NCBI GenBank assembly: GCA_002633005.1
Contig: NMRA01000836.1
Location: forward strand, 62,001-126,000
Length of the DNA: 64,000 bases
Direction of reading: 5' to 3'
Origin: Phoronis australis
Lineage: Eukaryota > Animalia > Phoronida
In this document: one piece after another, positions 36,801 to 46,135 of the stretch
Position numbering within the stretch: position 1 is the first letter of the stretch
Layout: the number at the start of each line of letters is the position of its first letter
The notes under the pieces: generated by a model
What the model saw: only the letters and a program-made list of their open reading frames with translations
Database searches by the model: none
Told to the model about the DNA's origin: nothing
Made by a program: the position numbers and the translations under genes

Positions 36801-39800
36801 CTGCTCAATCGTAATGCTAATATAGCTCTCTACTGGCAGCTCCCATTTTGTATATATTGCAGAGACTGTGTCATATTTCCAAATATGGTCATCTAATAAA
36901 ATGGTAACTTTCCATTAGTCAACAACAAGGGAGTGATAAAGTTTATAAAAAATTTTACCGTGAATATGTAGTATTTGTATCAACTTTAACCAACCAGCAC
37001 TATGGCCCTTACCATGAATATGTAATTTGTGTCTGGTACTTCTCCACCCGTCTGGAAAAGCTCTTTAAGGTCATAAAACTGAAAAGAGAGAGAAAACTTC
37101 GTTAATGATTGACATATGTACCAGCTAAGCTGTGCCAACTAGTAAAAGTCTGTTTTCATAACCTTAAAGCACGCAATTTAAAAGACTATACACAGTAACT
37201 AGTGTTGATATAATACAGACCACATACATATCCATCTATATCTGCACCACATGCATTAAGTATTGTAGATACCGTACAGATAACATATCTGTTCATGTAT
37301 ATCATCACACACAGTAACTAGTATTAATACTGTACAGATCACATGTATATCAAGACACACTGTAACTAGTATTAATACTGTACAGATCACATGTATATCA
37401 AGACACACAGTAACTAGTATTAATACTGTACAGATCACATGTATATCAAGACACACAGTAACTAGTATTAATACTGTACAGATCACATGTATATCAAGAC
37501 ACACTGTAACTAGTATTAATACTGTACAGATCACATGTATATCAAGACACACAGTAACTAGAAGTGTTGATACTGTACACATCACATACCTGGGCCCAGT
37601 CTCTAATCTTTGTACTCGAAATGAACTCGAAACTATTTTTGGCAATTTCTCTGCTCCTTTTGTACAAACTTAAGATAATTGGTTATCAGACTGTGCTCGA
37701 ATACATTATAGTTTATGCATAGGAGTTTCTAGTTCAAGTTTGCCCTTGAAGACCCTTATATTCATGCTACAAACTCGAGTAAAAACTCGAAACTTCGAGT
37801 TCAAACTCGAACTTATTGCTTTAATATTGGGTTTACAAACTGTGAACTAAGGGCAATAAATTATCTACATAAGTTGTTGCGTACTCGAGCATAAAATAAT
37901 AGACATTTATCTTGAGTTCGCCCAAAAGTAGAGTAGAAAATGCCAAACCTAATTTCGAGTTCCATTTCGAGTAAAAGGATTGGAGACCGGGCCCAGTTCA
38001 TGTGTATCACCACACAAAGTTCCTAGTATTGACACTGTACAGATCACACAGCTGTCCATGTATATCAAGATACACAGTAACTAGTGTTGATATCACACCG
38101 ATCACACACCCGTTCATGTGCATCACAACACACTGTAACTAATGTTGATGCTATACAGATCACATACCTGTCCATGTATATCACCACACACAGTGACTGG
38201 TGTAGATACCGGCTGTACATTGGATTCTTCCAATAAGAGTTCACATACCAAGTCGCACAACAGCTGAAATGAACAGAAATTACACATGTAAAAACATGTT
38301 CTGTGTATATTCATGACCAATGCAGATTTTTATGTGATGTGCAGTTATATTCCATAGGCGGATTTAGGCTGCCGCAAAAAAAATAAAACAGTAAGAGCGT
38401 AGGGAAATGTTGAGTTTATTAATAAACACCGGTAATTAAAATTAAACGGATGAAAAAAGATTTAAATGTGTGCAGTTTTAGTGTGGGGGGGGGCTCAAAT
38501 CCAATTTCAAGTGTCAAATTCGGAACACGGCGCATTCGTAATGGAACTATGGTTAAATATACTAGGCTCTCCCGCGATATCCCAGGCGACCGGCAGTGGC
38601 GCTGAGCACTACGACTCCGTTTCCGTCGTCTGCTCCACTGTGCAATGAAGAAAATTTACTTCATTTTTTAAAGAAAATGGAACCTGAGTGACAATGAAAA
38701 AATAGAAGCTGCTGGTAAGATGTGAATTTTAATCGAAGCCTTAGTGAATCACTCGCAATACTCTCTTTGTCAAACCTTATCTTAAGACGATTTCCAAAGC
38801 AATGCCGTCATTATTGCCAACACGAAAAACGGATTTGGTCTTTTGAGCATTTGAGTACTATTTTAAATACGACAAATTTGTTAAGAATTGATGGCACAAA
38901 ATATAAAACGTGTAATAAGCATTACGAAAAGAAGTAGGTTTCACGCGCAAACGCTGTGGACCATAAACAAGTAGGTCTCTTAGTATGAGATTTGTAGTTA
39001 AGTCNNNNNNNNNNNNNNNNNNNNNNNNNNNNNNNNNNNNNNNNNNNNNNNNNNNNNNNNNNNNNNNNNNNNNNNNNNNNNNNNNNNNNNNNNNNNNNNN
39101 NNNNNNNNNNNNNNNNNNNNNNNNNNNNNNNNNNNNNNNNNNNNNNNNNNNNNNNNNNNNNNNNNNNNNNNNNNNNNNNNNNNNNNNNNNNNNNNNNNNN
39201 NNNNNNNNNNNNNNNNNNNNNNNNNNNNNNNNNNNNNNNNNNNNNNNNNNNNNNGTGCCATGCGCATCTACAATCGTGGTTCAGTTTGCGCAAATGCTTA
39301 CAGCCGGACAAAATGTTGGGCCCCCCTTGTGATATCCTAGATCCGCCACTGTATTCTCAAATACATGTGCTCACCATAGGTAAGCCAAAAGAGGAACTGT
39401 TATGTTCGTGGTTTTCATTAAACTTGCAGAGTCCAAAACATAACCTTATATGGCACTGGTAGCTAGAATCATAGATTGTGTAAGTTGTGCAAAACAATTC
39501 TCTGAAATCTGATTATGACTCATGAGCATATGATCTTAAGTTGTGACAAACAAGTTTTCAGTTGAGAGTTAGACATCATAGTGAATAGATGTATCTTGTA
39601 GATATCTAGAATAAACCCACAAAAACCATAACACAGAGTTGTGTTTGAAAGAGGTTTTCATATGGTGACCAATAGAGGTCATCTTGTCTACACATCCACT
39701 TATACCAATGATCCCAAGTCAGTAATGGTTGGATCGGTGGGTGATTTAAAAGTGCTTTGAGAACCACTTACTCCCATTTACTAACAAGGGTTATTAATTA

Positions 39801-40402
39801 GGAGTAACTGGTTCTCAAATCTCTTTTAATCTCTTTTAATCAGCGTAACACCTACGTTGACTATTACCTCAAATCGAATTGCTGTATTATGCCTAGTGAT
39901 AGTGCGGTAGTTAATGTGACACATGGGTCTGCAGTAAAGTTTGCCATATCTTAATAAATTTTTCTTAACCTGGACAGGACAGCGAATTCAAAGAGCAACT
40001 GTTCGCAAAAGGAAAGTGACCCAACGCTTGCTTACTCAATACTGGACAAATGTGCTGAACAGGGCGTCGAAGTGAGGGTGTCGTGTGTTCATTTGGACGA
40101 ACTGTATCCCCCTTAGATAAAAGACCGCATTTCGAGCCATGCGTCCTGAACAGTCGACAAACAAGCATCTCGTCATAGCGTAAGGGTAGGCCCCGGTAGG
40201 GTGCGAGTGATTAACTTTTTACTGACCGGTGCTTACTGCAGATTCACCGCAGTCTACAACAAGAGAATGAAGTCACAAAAACATCAACACGTATTTCACT
40301 ATCATATTTGAAACAGAGCGCAAAATTACGAACCTTCAAATCATTTTCTGGCAGATATTTACACTCTTTTGCGATTTCGATCATTCGATCTATGTCCGCC
40401 AT
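30812..40402 (-). CDS. PPP6C: Serine/threonine-protein phosphatase 6 catalytic subunit, 303 aa, 9 exons
   Basis: Exons 40334-40402 ([23 protein letters not shown]), 38168-38263 (..[10 protein letters not shown]), 34781-34846, 34416-34483 ([13 protein letters not shown]), 33410-33483 ([18 protein letters not shown]), 32856-33053 ([25 protein letters not shown]), 31925-32016 ([19 protein letters not shown]), 31409-31466 ([10 protein letters not shown]), 30812-31002 (..[21 protein letters not shown]). Total 912 nt. PP6-specific N- and C-terminal signatures are present. Confidence 0.97.
31715..31945 (-). repeat. 63-bp repeat reiterating the PPP6C exon end GAKVTNE plus donor
   Basis: Three intronic copies of gtgctaaagtaaccaatgag|atga follow the real gtgctaaagtaaccaatgag|GTGA. 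Confidence 0.9.
32017..32855 (-). other. U12-type (minor spliceosome) AT-AC intron of PPP6C
   Basis: 5' ATATCCTTT (32855-32847), branch site TTCCTTAAC (32037-32029), 3' AC at 32018-32017. Splicing restores TGT G|AT CTT = C-D-L. Confidence 0.95.
33261..33420 (-). repeat. 20-bp minisatellite reiterating the TTCTATG|GTGAGTGGG donor
   Basis: Unit cgtgttctgtg|gtgagtggg, 8 donor-like copies including the real one. The duplicate at 35521-35660 has 7. Confidence 0.9.
35273..37500 (-). other. Near-identical duplicate of 33013-35271 with second copies of PPP6C exons (37013-37078, 36648-36715, 35650-35723 and part of the next exon); probable uncollapsed haplotype
   Basis: Collinear and highly similar; the breakpoint coincides exactly with the single N at 35272. 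Confidence 0.8.
37190..38215 (-). repeat. 48-58-bp minisatellite derived from the PPP6C exon 2 3' end and donor, interrupted by a MITE; second copy at 34960-35271
   Basis: Units translate as [16 protein letters not shown], compared with exon [11 protein letters not shown]|gtatgtgatc. Confidence 0.9.
37593..37993. mobile_element. PIF/Harbinger-type MITE (family B), inverted copy of 8955-9362
   Basis: CTG|GGCCCAGTCTC .. GAGACCGGGCC|CAG, inserted in a minisatellite unit (catacctgttcatg). Confidence 0.85.
38353..39351. mobile_element. TIR element (hAT-like termini) with 5-bp duplication, spans an N gap
   Basis: TATTC|cataggcggatttagg .. cctagatccgccactg|TATTC. Confidence 0.55.
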
Positions 40403-40670
40403 TTTCAAAGGTATGAATCTTTGTCATGTAAATGTCGATGGAATATTTCCTTCCGCATCCTTATTTATGTAACGCCATTACTATAAGCGTCTAGACAGAA
40501 GGCCTTTTATCTAATTCATAATGCCTGACATGCATATTTAAGCTAATAAGTTTCGTTTTTATAAAGCTTGAACGGAAATTATATTGTACTTTACATGACG
40601 TGTTAAAAGTGACATCTATTGGTAACGAATGACAAACACTTTTTCTAAAATCTCATTGGCAGATAGCTCT
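40395..40670 (-). promoter_or_regulatory. Putative PPP6C proximal promoter
   Basis: YY1-type CCGCCATTTT overlapping the ATG, and two CCAAT boxes (attgg near 40618 and 40655) upstream on the coding strand. Confidence 0.4.
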
Positions 40671-43600
40671 AGTGATTTGGATTTCTGAATAAGTGAAACA
40701 GTTTGCCTAGTAATTTATTCCCGAGTGTGAATTGTCGTTTCAGCCAGGCGGACTTCAACTTATATTTGAATTGCTCTCGTGAGGAGAGTGCATTACATTA
40801 TCCAAAACATGATGAAATGACGCCAGTTTTAGCAGGCGAAAGGCAAAATCATACAGAGAAAAGATTCAGGCTTTTTGAAACCAACCTTGCATATAAAGTG
40901 TACAGCCGTTTCTGGTTTTCTATTTCATTTCTCAAAAACTTCAAAACAAAATAACTGCATCTATATCCGTCAGATCGACAGCAGCGTCAACTCACAGCAC
41001 CTATAAACATACGCTGCATAACTCCGCTGCACATAGTAGTTTTTGTCACGGTCATTTTCAGCAGCGCTGATCTGGATTTATACTCTTTGCAAACAAAAGA
41101 AGACAAACTGTCGAAATTATGTCGAATGACCTCATAATCACAATGATGAAAAATCTAGTCCAAAACAAATACAATGGCTTCATAACAATAGAATGCTGTT
41201 ACATTTTTCTGTAGTATCCGTCATAAAAATGTTATAGTCTTTTGAATATCGTACTAGCTGTTGGTGAGGAGCTCGAAAATGTCGAACAGACAGTTGGGAC
41301 TGAAAGCTTTTATGACCGTGTACAGACTACACTGACGTCTAATGGATAGGCACTCGATGCACTGGCAAACATAAACAAAAAATTCAGTGATTTTTGGAGT
41401 TTCAAGTTTAACTGCTACCTCTCAAATATTAACCAAATGTACACATCGGCTCGAAAATTTTCTTGGAAGAACCCCAAGAGTCCCATGGAATGCCCAGTCT
41501 TATGTTCCCTGGTTGCTCATCACAAATCTGCGAGTTTGACTTCGAGAATTGCTTATAATAATAATAAACAACACGCTTTGTTTCCCAGTTTACAAATTCA
41601 CAACAAAATCAATTTATTTCATGTTACAAGGCCACTGGTCCACATTGTAAAGCACAAACATAGAAGCAATATGCGCACACATTTTACATTTTGACGTTTT
41701 TAAGTCAAATTTTCATGTGCAAGGAAGATATATTCATGACAAATAACTCTCCGCCAACGGATTGTAATAGAACTTTTTCAATGAAAATTTTAGTTTACTG
41801 ACGCTGTTAGGAATGTTTATTATTCACTTAGTTCTGGTTTTATGCCAAATTAAGTCACAAAAACAAGGCGTTTTATAAAAAAAATCGACCTTATTTGTCT
41901 ATCGCTCGGTACGTGAAAACTAGGCATTTTGAAGCAAAATCCTTTCAGAAAATATATTCGTTTACTGGTTGATAACGCAGTTTTTTCGAAATTTGGTTAA
42001 GAATTGAGGTCATTTAGGGTCCTAGATAACGCCTTAACAGCCGATAAACATAGCGACTAGTCTGCTTCAACAGTTCTGCATTGGAATATTCGGGCATTCC
42101 ATAGCTTTGCACAAGTAGTTCGAAATCGGGTTTATGACAAAAATCTCTTCACTGATCTACTCCTTTTCATCCACACAGTCCCAGAGCCATTTGGAACAAG
42201 TGGATCATATTTAACCCCAGCATGTGTACTGTTTCCTGGATAGGAACTATTTCACCAAATTTATGAAACTTCACTACAGAAATTTATAGAAAGCACAGCC
42301 ACAGGGGCCAGCAGTAATCAAATCATCAAAAAAATTATGTGAGGTCTCCTGTCGTAAACCACTGGCAAAAATTAACGAAGCCCCTTGATGGGGTTTACGA
42401 CTTACAACTGCCGACCGCCCGTAGTCAAGGATTGTAAAATATGAGATGGCATGTCCTTCCCATTGCCTGTTGCGTGGAAATAAAAAGCCCATTTTTTATT
42501 TTTCATTTTCTTATTCACACAGAAAACTGATAAGGAAATATTATCACCAGCATACCGCAAACTGGCACCCAAAGCACCTCGACAATGGCTAAACCCAAAA
42601 TAGGCATAATTTAGCGCATTTTGGCGCTACAATTAAGGTTAACGGAAATCCGTGTGAAAATGCAGACTGACGGATAGTGTGGCTCAGTTTTTACAAAATA
42701 TTATCGAACATTTTATCTACCTTTCATTTGAACCGTTTTTAAAACTACTTTACTTGCTGAACATATTTCAACCAAAGCGGAGCTATTTTGGGTCAAGAAA
42801 TATTGATGATGTTACAACTTAAAAAAATACTGGCCTGTATAATTTGAAATAAATATTTTCAACATGTATCATCAGGATGTATGAACGTACATCTTTTCAA
42901 GACCCGAGCCGGTAAACGCCTAGAGTCGATCTCGTGTAATCATGGCAGTTATAACAACGCCAAGAAAATCCAAATAGTTAAAGCGCAGAGCAAATTCATC
43001 ACCGACGGTGAGTGCTCGTGAACTGAGCACTTTCTTCGAAAGTCTCAGTCACCGGCACCTGAAATATTTCACGGAATGAACTTCTTTGTCCACCGTTTTC
43101 TTTCCTTGACAACGTTTCCCCCTTCCTGCTGCTATTGACCCACCCCCCACNNNNNNNNNNNNNNNNNNNNNNNNNNNNNNNNNNNNNNNNNNNNNNNNNN
43201 NNNNNNNNNNNNNNNNNNNNNNNNNNNNNNNNNNNNNNNNNNNNNNNNNNNNNNNNNNNNNNNNNNNNNNNNNNNNNNNNNNNNNNNNNNNNNNNNNNNN
43301 NNNNNNNNNNGGTAACCATGAGCTTACTGTGTTTGACAGCACCGCCCATTGATTGCATCTAATAGAACAACGGGGAGTGAGTACGCTAAGTCTCTTGTCA
43401 CGTGACTTTTGTATTTCCCGCCAATGAGATTCAACTGAATATTGCTATTCAAACCAGAAAACCAGTGCAACTGAGTCAAGAGTGACTTGCGATCACTACT
43501 GTTATATACGAAACCTTATTACTACTACGAGATCTATATATTGTGTGGAGTGCCTCAACAAGTGAGCCGCCGTGCATGGTATTACACCTTCTATGAAGCC

Positions 43601-44944
43601 ATTACCCAGTAAGTACTATATTCTTGTATAACATGTGTTAAGTCGGCGTTAATTTTTATGAAAACGGTTGTCAGGCAAACTCGAATGATTGACCACTAGA
43701 AAAAAAGACGATGCTGCCCTTAAGCTTGTCAGGTCGCAGCTTCTTGGAAACAGGGTGTTTGGGGTGTGTCCCTCAACAATTGTCCATTTAGATGAGAAAA
43801 AAAGTTGGGCAATGATGGAAAAAGCTGAGCAAACAGTTCAATCAACTGACAGTTTTGAAATGTGTGGTTGTATGTGGACTTTGTTTGTGTTTGTGGTAAA
43901 TTTGCCTTTTTCTTTAATTGCGGTTTTTCTTACGAATTTGTTTGGCAACAATTCAAGATCGGATGAGCCTGTGATGTTTTAAATCCCGAACGCTTCGCAA
44001 TTCATCATGATCATTGACAGCTAAACCATTGGGGGTATAGCTTTAAGATGCATGGTTGTTAGTTATAACTGTGTAGTTGAAAGGGTAGTTCTCTTTCAAA
44101 ATATTTACTAGAGTTCCTGAAAAATGGCAGCAGGTTACATTTTTTGATACTGCGAATGATTTGGGCCTGGCAAGACCGCCGGACAAAGGGTTTTATCACA
44201 ACCAAATCGTTAACCAACACAATGGTTTTCAAGTGTTCGTTTTTTGCCGTCTGTAATGGAAGCAACCATGTCTAGAATTGTTTTTGCTGGACGCATTCTG
44301 CAGGTTTAAATAGTCCTTCATGACTCAAATGTAAATGAGATATGACGATTGTTGAATCACGTTCGTGCTGAAAATAAAAAATTAGTGCTCTCAAGTCCGA
44401 AATATATGAAAGATTAGGCAAAATGCAAAGAAATGACGTCCTGCTCACCTTTTTTTCAACGGTACAGCAAAGTCAAAGATAACATTTCCAGTATTGATTT
44501 CATGATGCGGCGAAAAAAGCCATCCATGACAAAGTCGTGAACGGAGGACAAAAATAACATTTCACGACACAACTTATCATTTTAGTTATAATCTAGGCAT
44601 ATTCACCATCGTCTACCATGAGTAATAGTAATGACGATGTCCGGCGGAAAAATCTCCATGATCATGCCCTGGACACTGTTTACTTTCACTGAAACATGAT
44701 CAGCAACCCTGAACATCTCCAAATTCCTTTATTTGGAATCAATTATTGTTTTCATAGTTTCCTCTGCCTAATGTTTCACTTTTTCGCATTATTTCAGTTC
44801 ATTCCATGACATATTTAGTATCGTTTGCAAAGCTCACATTAATTCGCCTAGTAATTAAAAGAGCACAAACAACTGATAAGTAACCGGCACTCAATCATGC
44901 ACTGAGCCTACTTCAGTCTCTCTAAATCTTGCATAACACCAACG

Positions 44945-45207
44945 CATGCGCGCACCCAAAGGGGCCCCCCTCGATTTGGTGAAGTGGACAAAAAGGTCCG
45001 CCCCATTGAAACAAAAAGTCCCGGCCGAGAAAACGAGATAAAAAGTCCACTAGACTGAAACTTAGGCGCAAAGCCCGACGCGGCACAATTCGCAGCCCTG
45101 GACGTGGTACCCCGTTTTTTTAGTCCTTCGGCTTTTTTGTAGGTAAAAGGATAAATATCGTCGGAAATTCTAGCCCCCCCCCATATTAAAGGCTGGGTGC
45201 GCGCATG
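44945..45207. mobile_element. Short MITE with CATGCGCGCACCCA TIRs
   Basis: catgcgcgcaccca .. tgggtgcgcgcatg. Confidence 0.65.
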
Positions 45208-45224
45208 TAACAGGCTCCGGGAAC

Positions 45225-45625
45225 TCCGCTATGAAGTTGGAGGACTTCCTATTCCGATAATGAATAATAACATCAAGGTAATCATCAGGCATACAAACTT
45301 TAACATATCCCCTTATGATTTTCTTAATGGCGTATTCGTCCTGGTGGTAATTATTAGACATGACATTTTTGTAGAATATCTTTTTGGTGACACCGGTCCG
45401 ACGTGCGGGGACTTCATAGCTAATTCTGGACACAAATCGCTTAATATGGAAACCCACAAAAGCATTGGTATACCCATTATTCGATCTACCTCTTGATTGA
45501 ACAATAGCCAGTTGGACGACACCGAATACGCCCTCTTTAGGAAGTTGACCACAACGGCGACCTTATACCGCTCAGGGCACTCACTTTTGGCGTGGAGACA
45601 GAAACCTTTAGCAGTATAGGCTTGT
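45225..45625 (-). pseudogene. Penelope-like retroelement RT thumb/linker fragment (frameshifted)
   Basis: CLHAKSECPERYKVAVVVNFLKRAYSVSSNWLLFNQEVDRI, then KKIFYKNVMSNNYHQDEYAIKKII..VIIHYRNRKSSNFI. Confidence 0.8.
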
Positions 45626-45639
45626 GGTAAACTGATGTA

Positions 45640-46135
45640 CAGTGTAGTTTTGTTTATGAGTTTGTACATGTATGCCCTATGAACAAATGTCTTCGTTCAA
45701 ACGTCAAACAATGTTACATTGGTCAAATGGTTTGCAGTCTTTCCCGTCGGTTATCCATGCATCTAGTTCAAAATGGCGCCATTCAAGATCATTTTCTGCG
45801 GCAATGCCACGCACGTAAAATCAAGAAATTGTGGAAAACATGTCAATTCGCTACGTGGAGCAAGATGTGCTGCGTTTGAAAGTATTAGTCCCTTTTAATT
45901 GCTTTTGAGAAGCCTGTTTTGAATGAGCAGCAAACAGGGTCGCGCCGCACGTTACACTTGTTTGCGTGACTTTCCTGTTACCCCAATTCATTAGTCATTC
46001 TTTGCAGTATTTCACACCCGCCGTGTCTCACTGTGTGTGTTGCCAGCATATACTCTGTGGTGGCATTACTGCGTCATTTTATCTTCACTTGAGAATGAAA
46101 CAAGTATGTTTCGAAATATCGTGTGTCTTTTAATT
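45640..46135 (+). mobile_element. Penelope-like retroelement GIY-YIG endonuclease fragment and 3' UTR
   Basis: VYEFV(HV)CP..CYIGQMVCSLSRRLSMHLVQNGAIQDH..EKPVLNEQQTG..RTLHLFA*. Confidence 0.8.
46086..46123 (+). ncRNA. Minimal type I hammerhead ribozyme motif (U3-A8 variant)
   Basis: CAC-UUGAGAA-U-GAAACA(agua)UGUUUC-GAAA-UAUC-GUG: stem I, core, stem II, GAAA, palindromic AUAU stem III, cleavage after C. It sits in the PLE 3' end. Confidence 0.65.

Noticed and set aside
37256-37645. 129-aa ORF (and 35024-35407) with repeated [16 protein letters not shown]
   Set aside because: Translation of the exon-derived minisatellite; the 35024 ORF also crosses an N junction.
30812-40402. PP2A or PP4 catalytic subunit assignment
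   Set aside because: [30 protein letters not shown] and TTTPYFL are PP6-type.
38922-43362. ORFs spanning N runs
   Set aside because: Artefacts of assembly gaps.
44060-44720. Possible Ginger/integrase C-terminal remnant
   Set aside because: Too degraded to support by eye.
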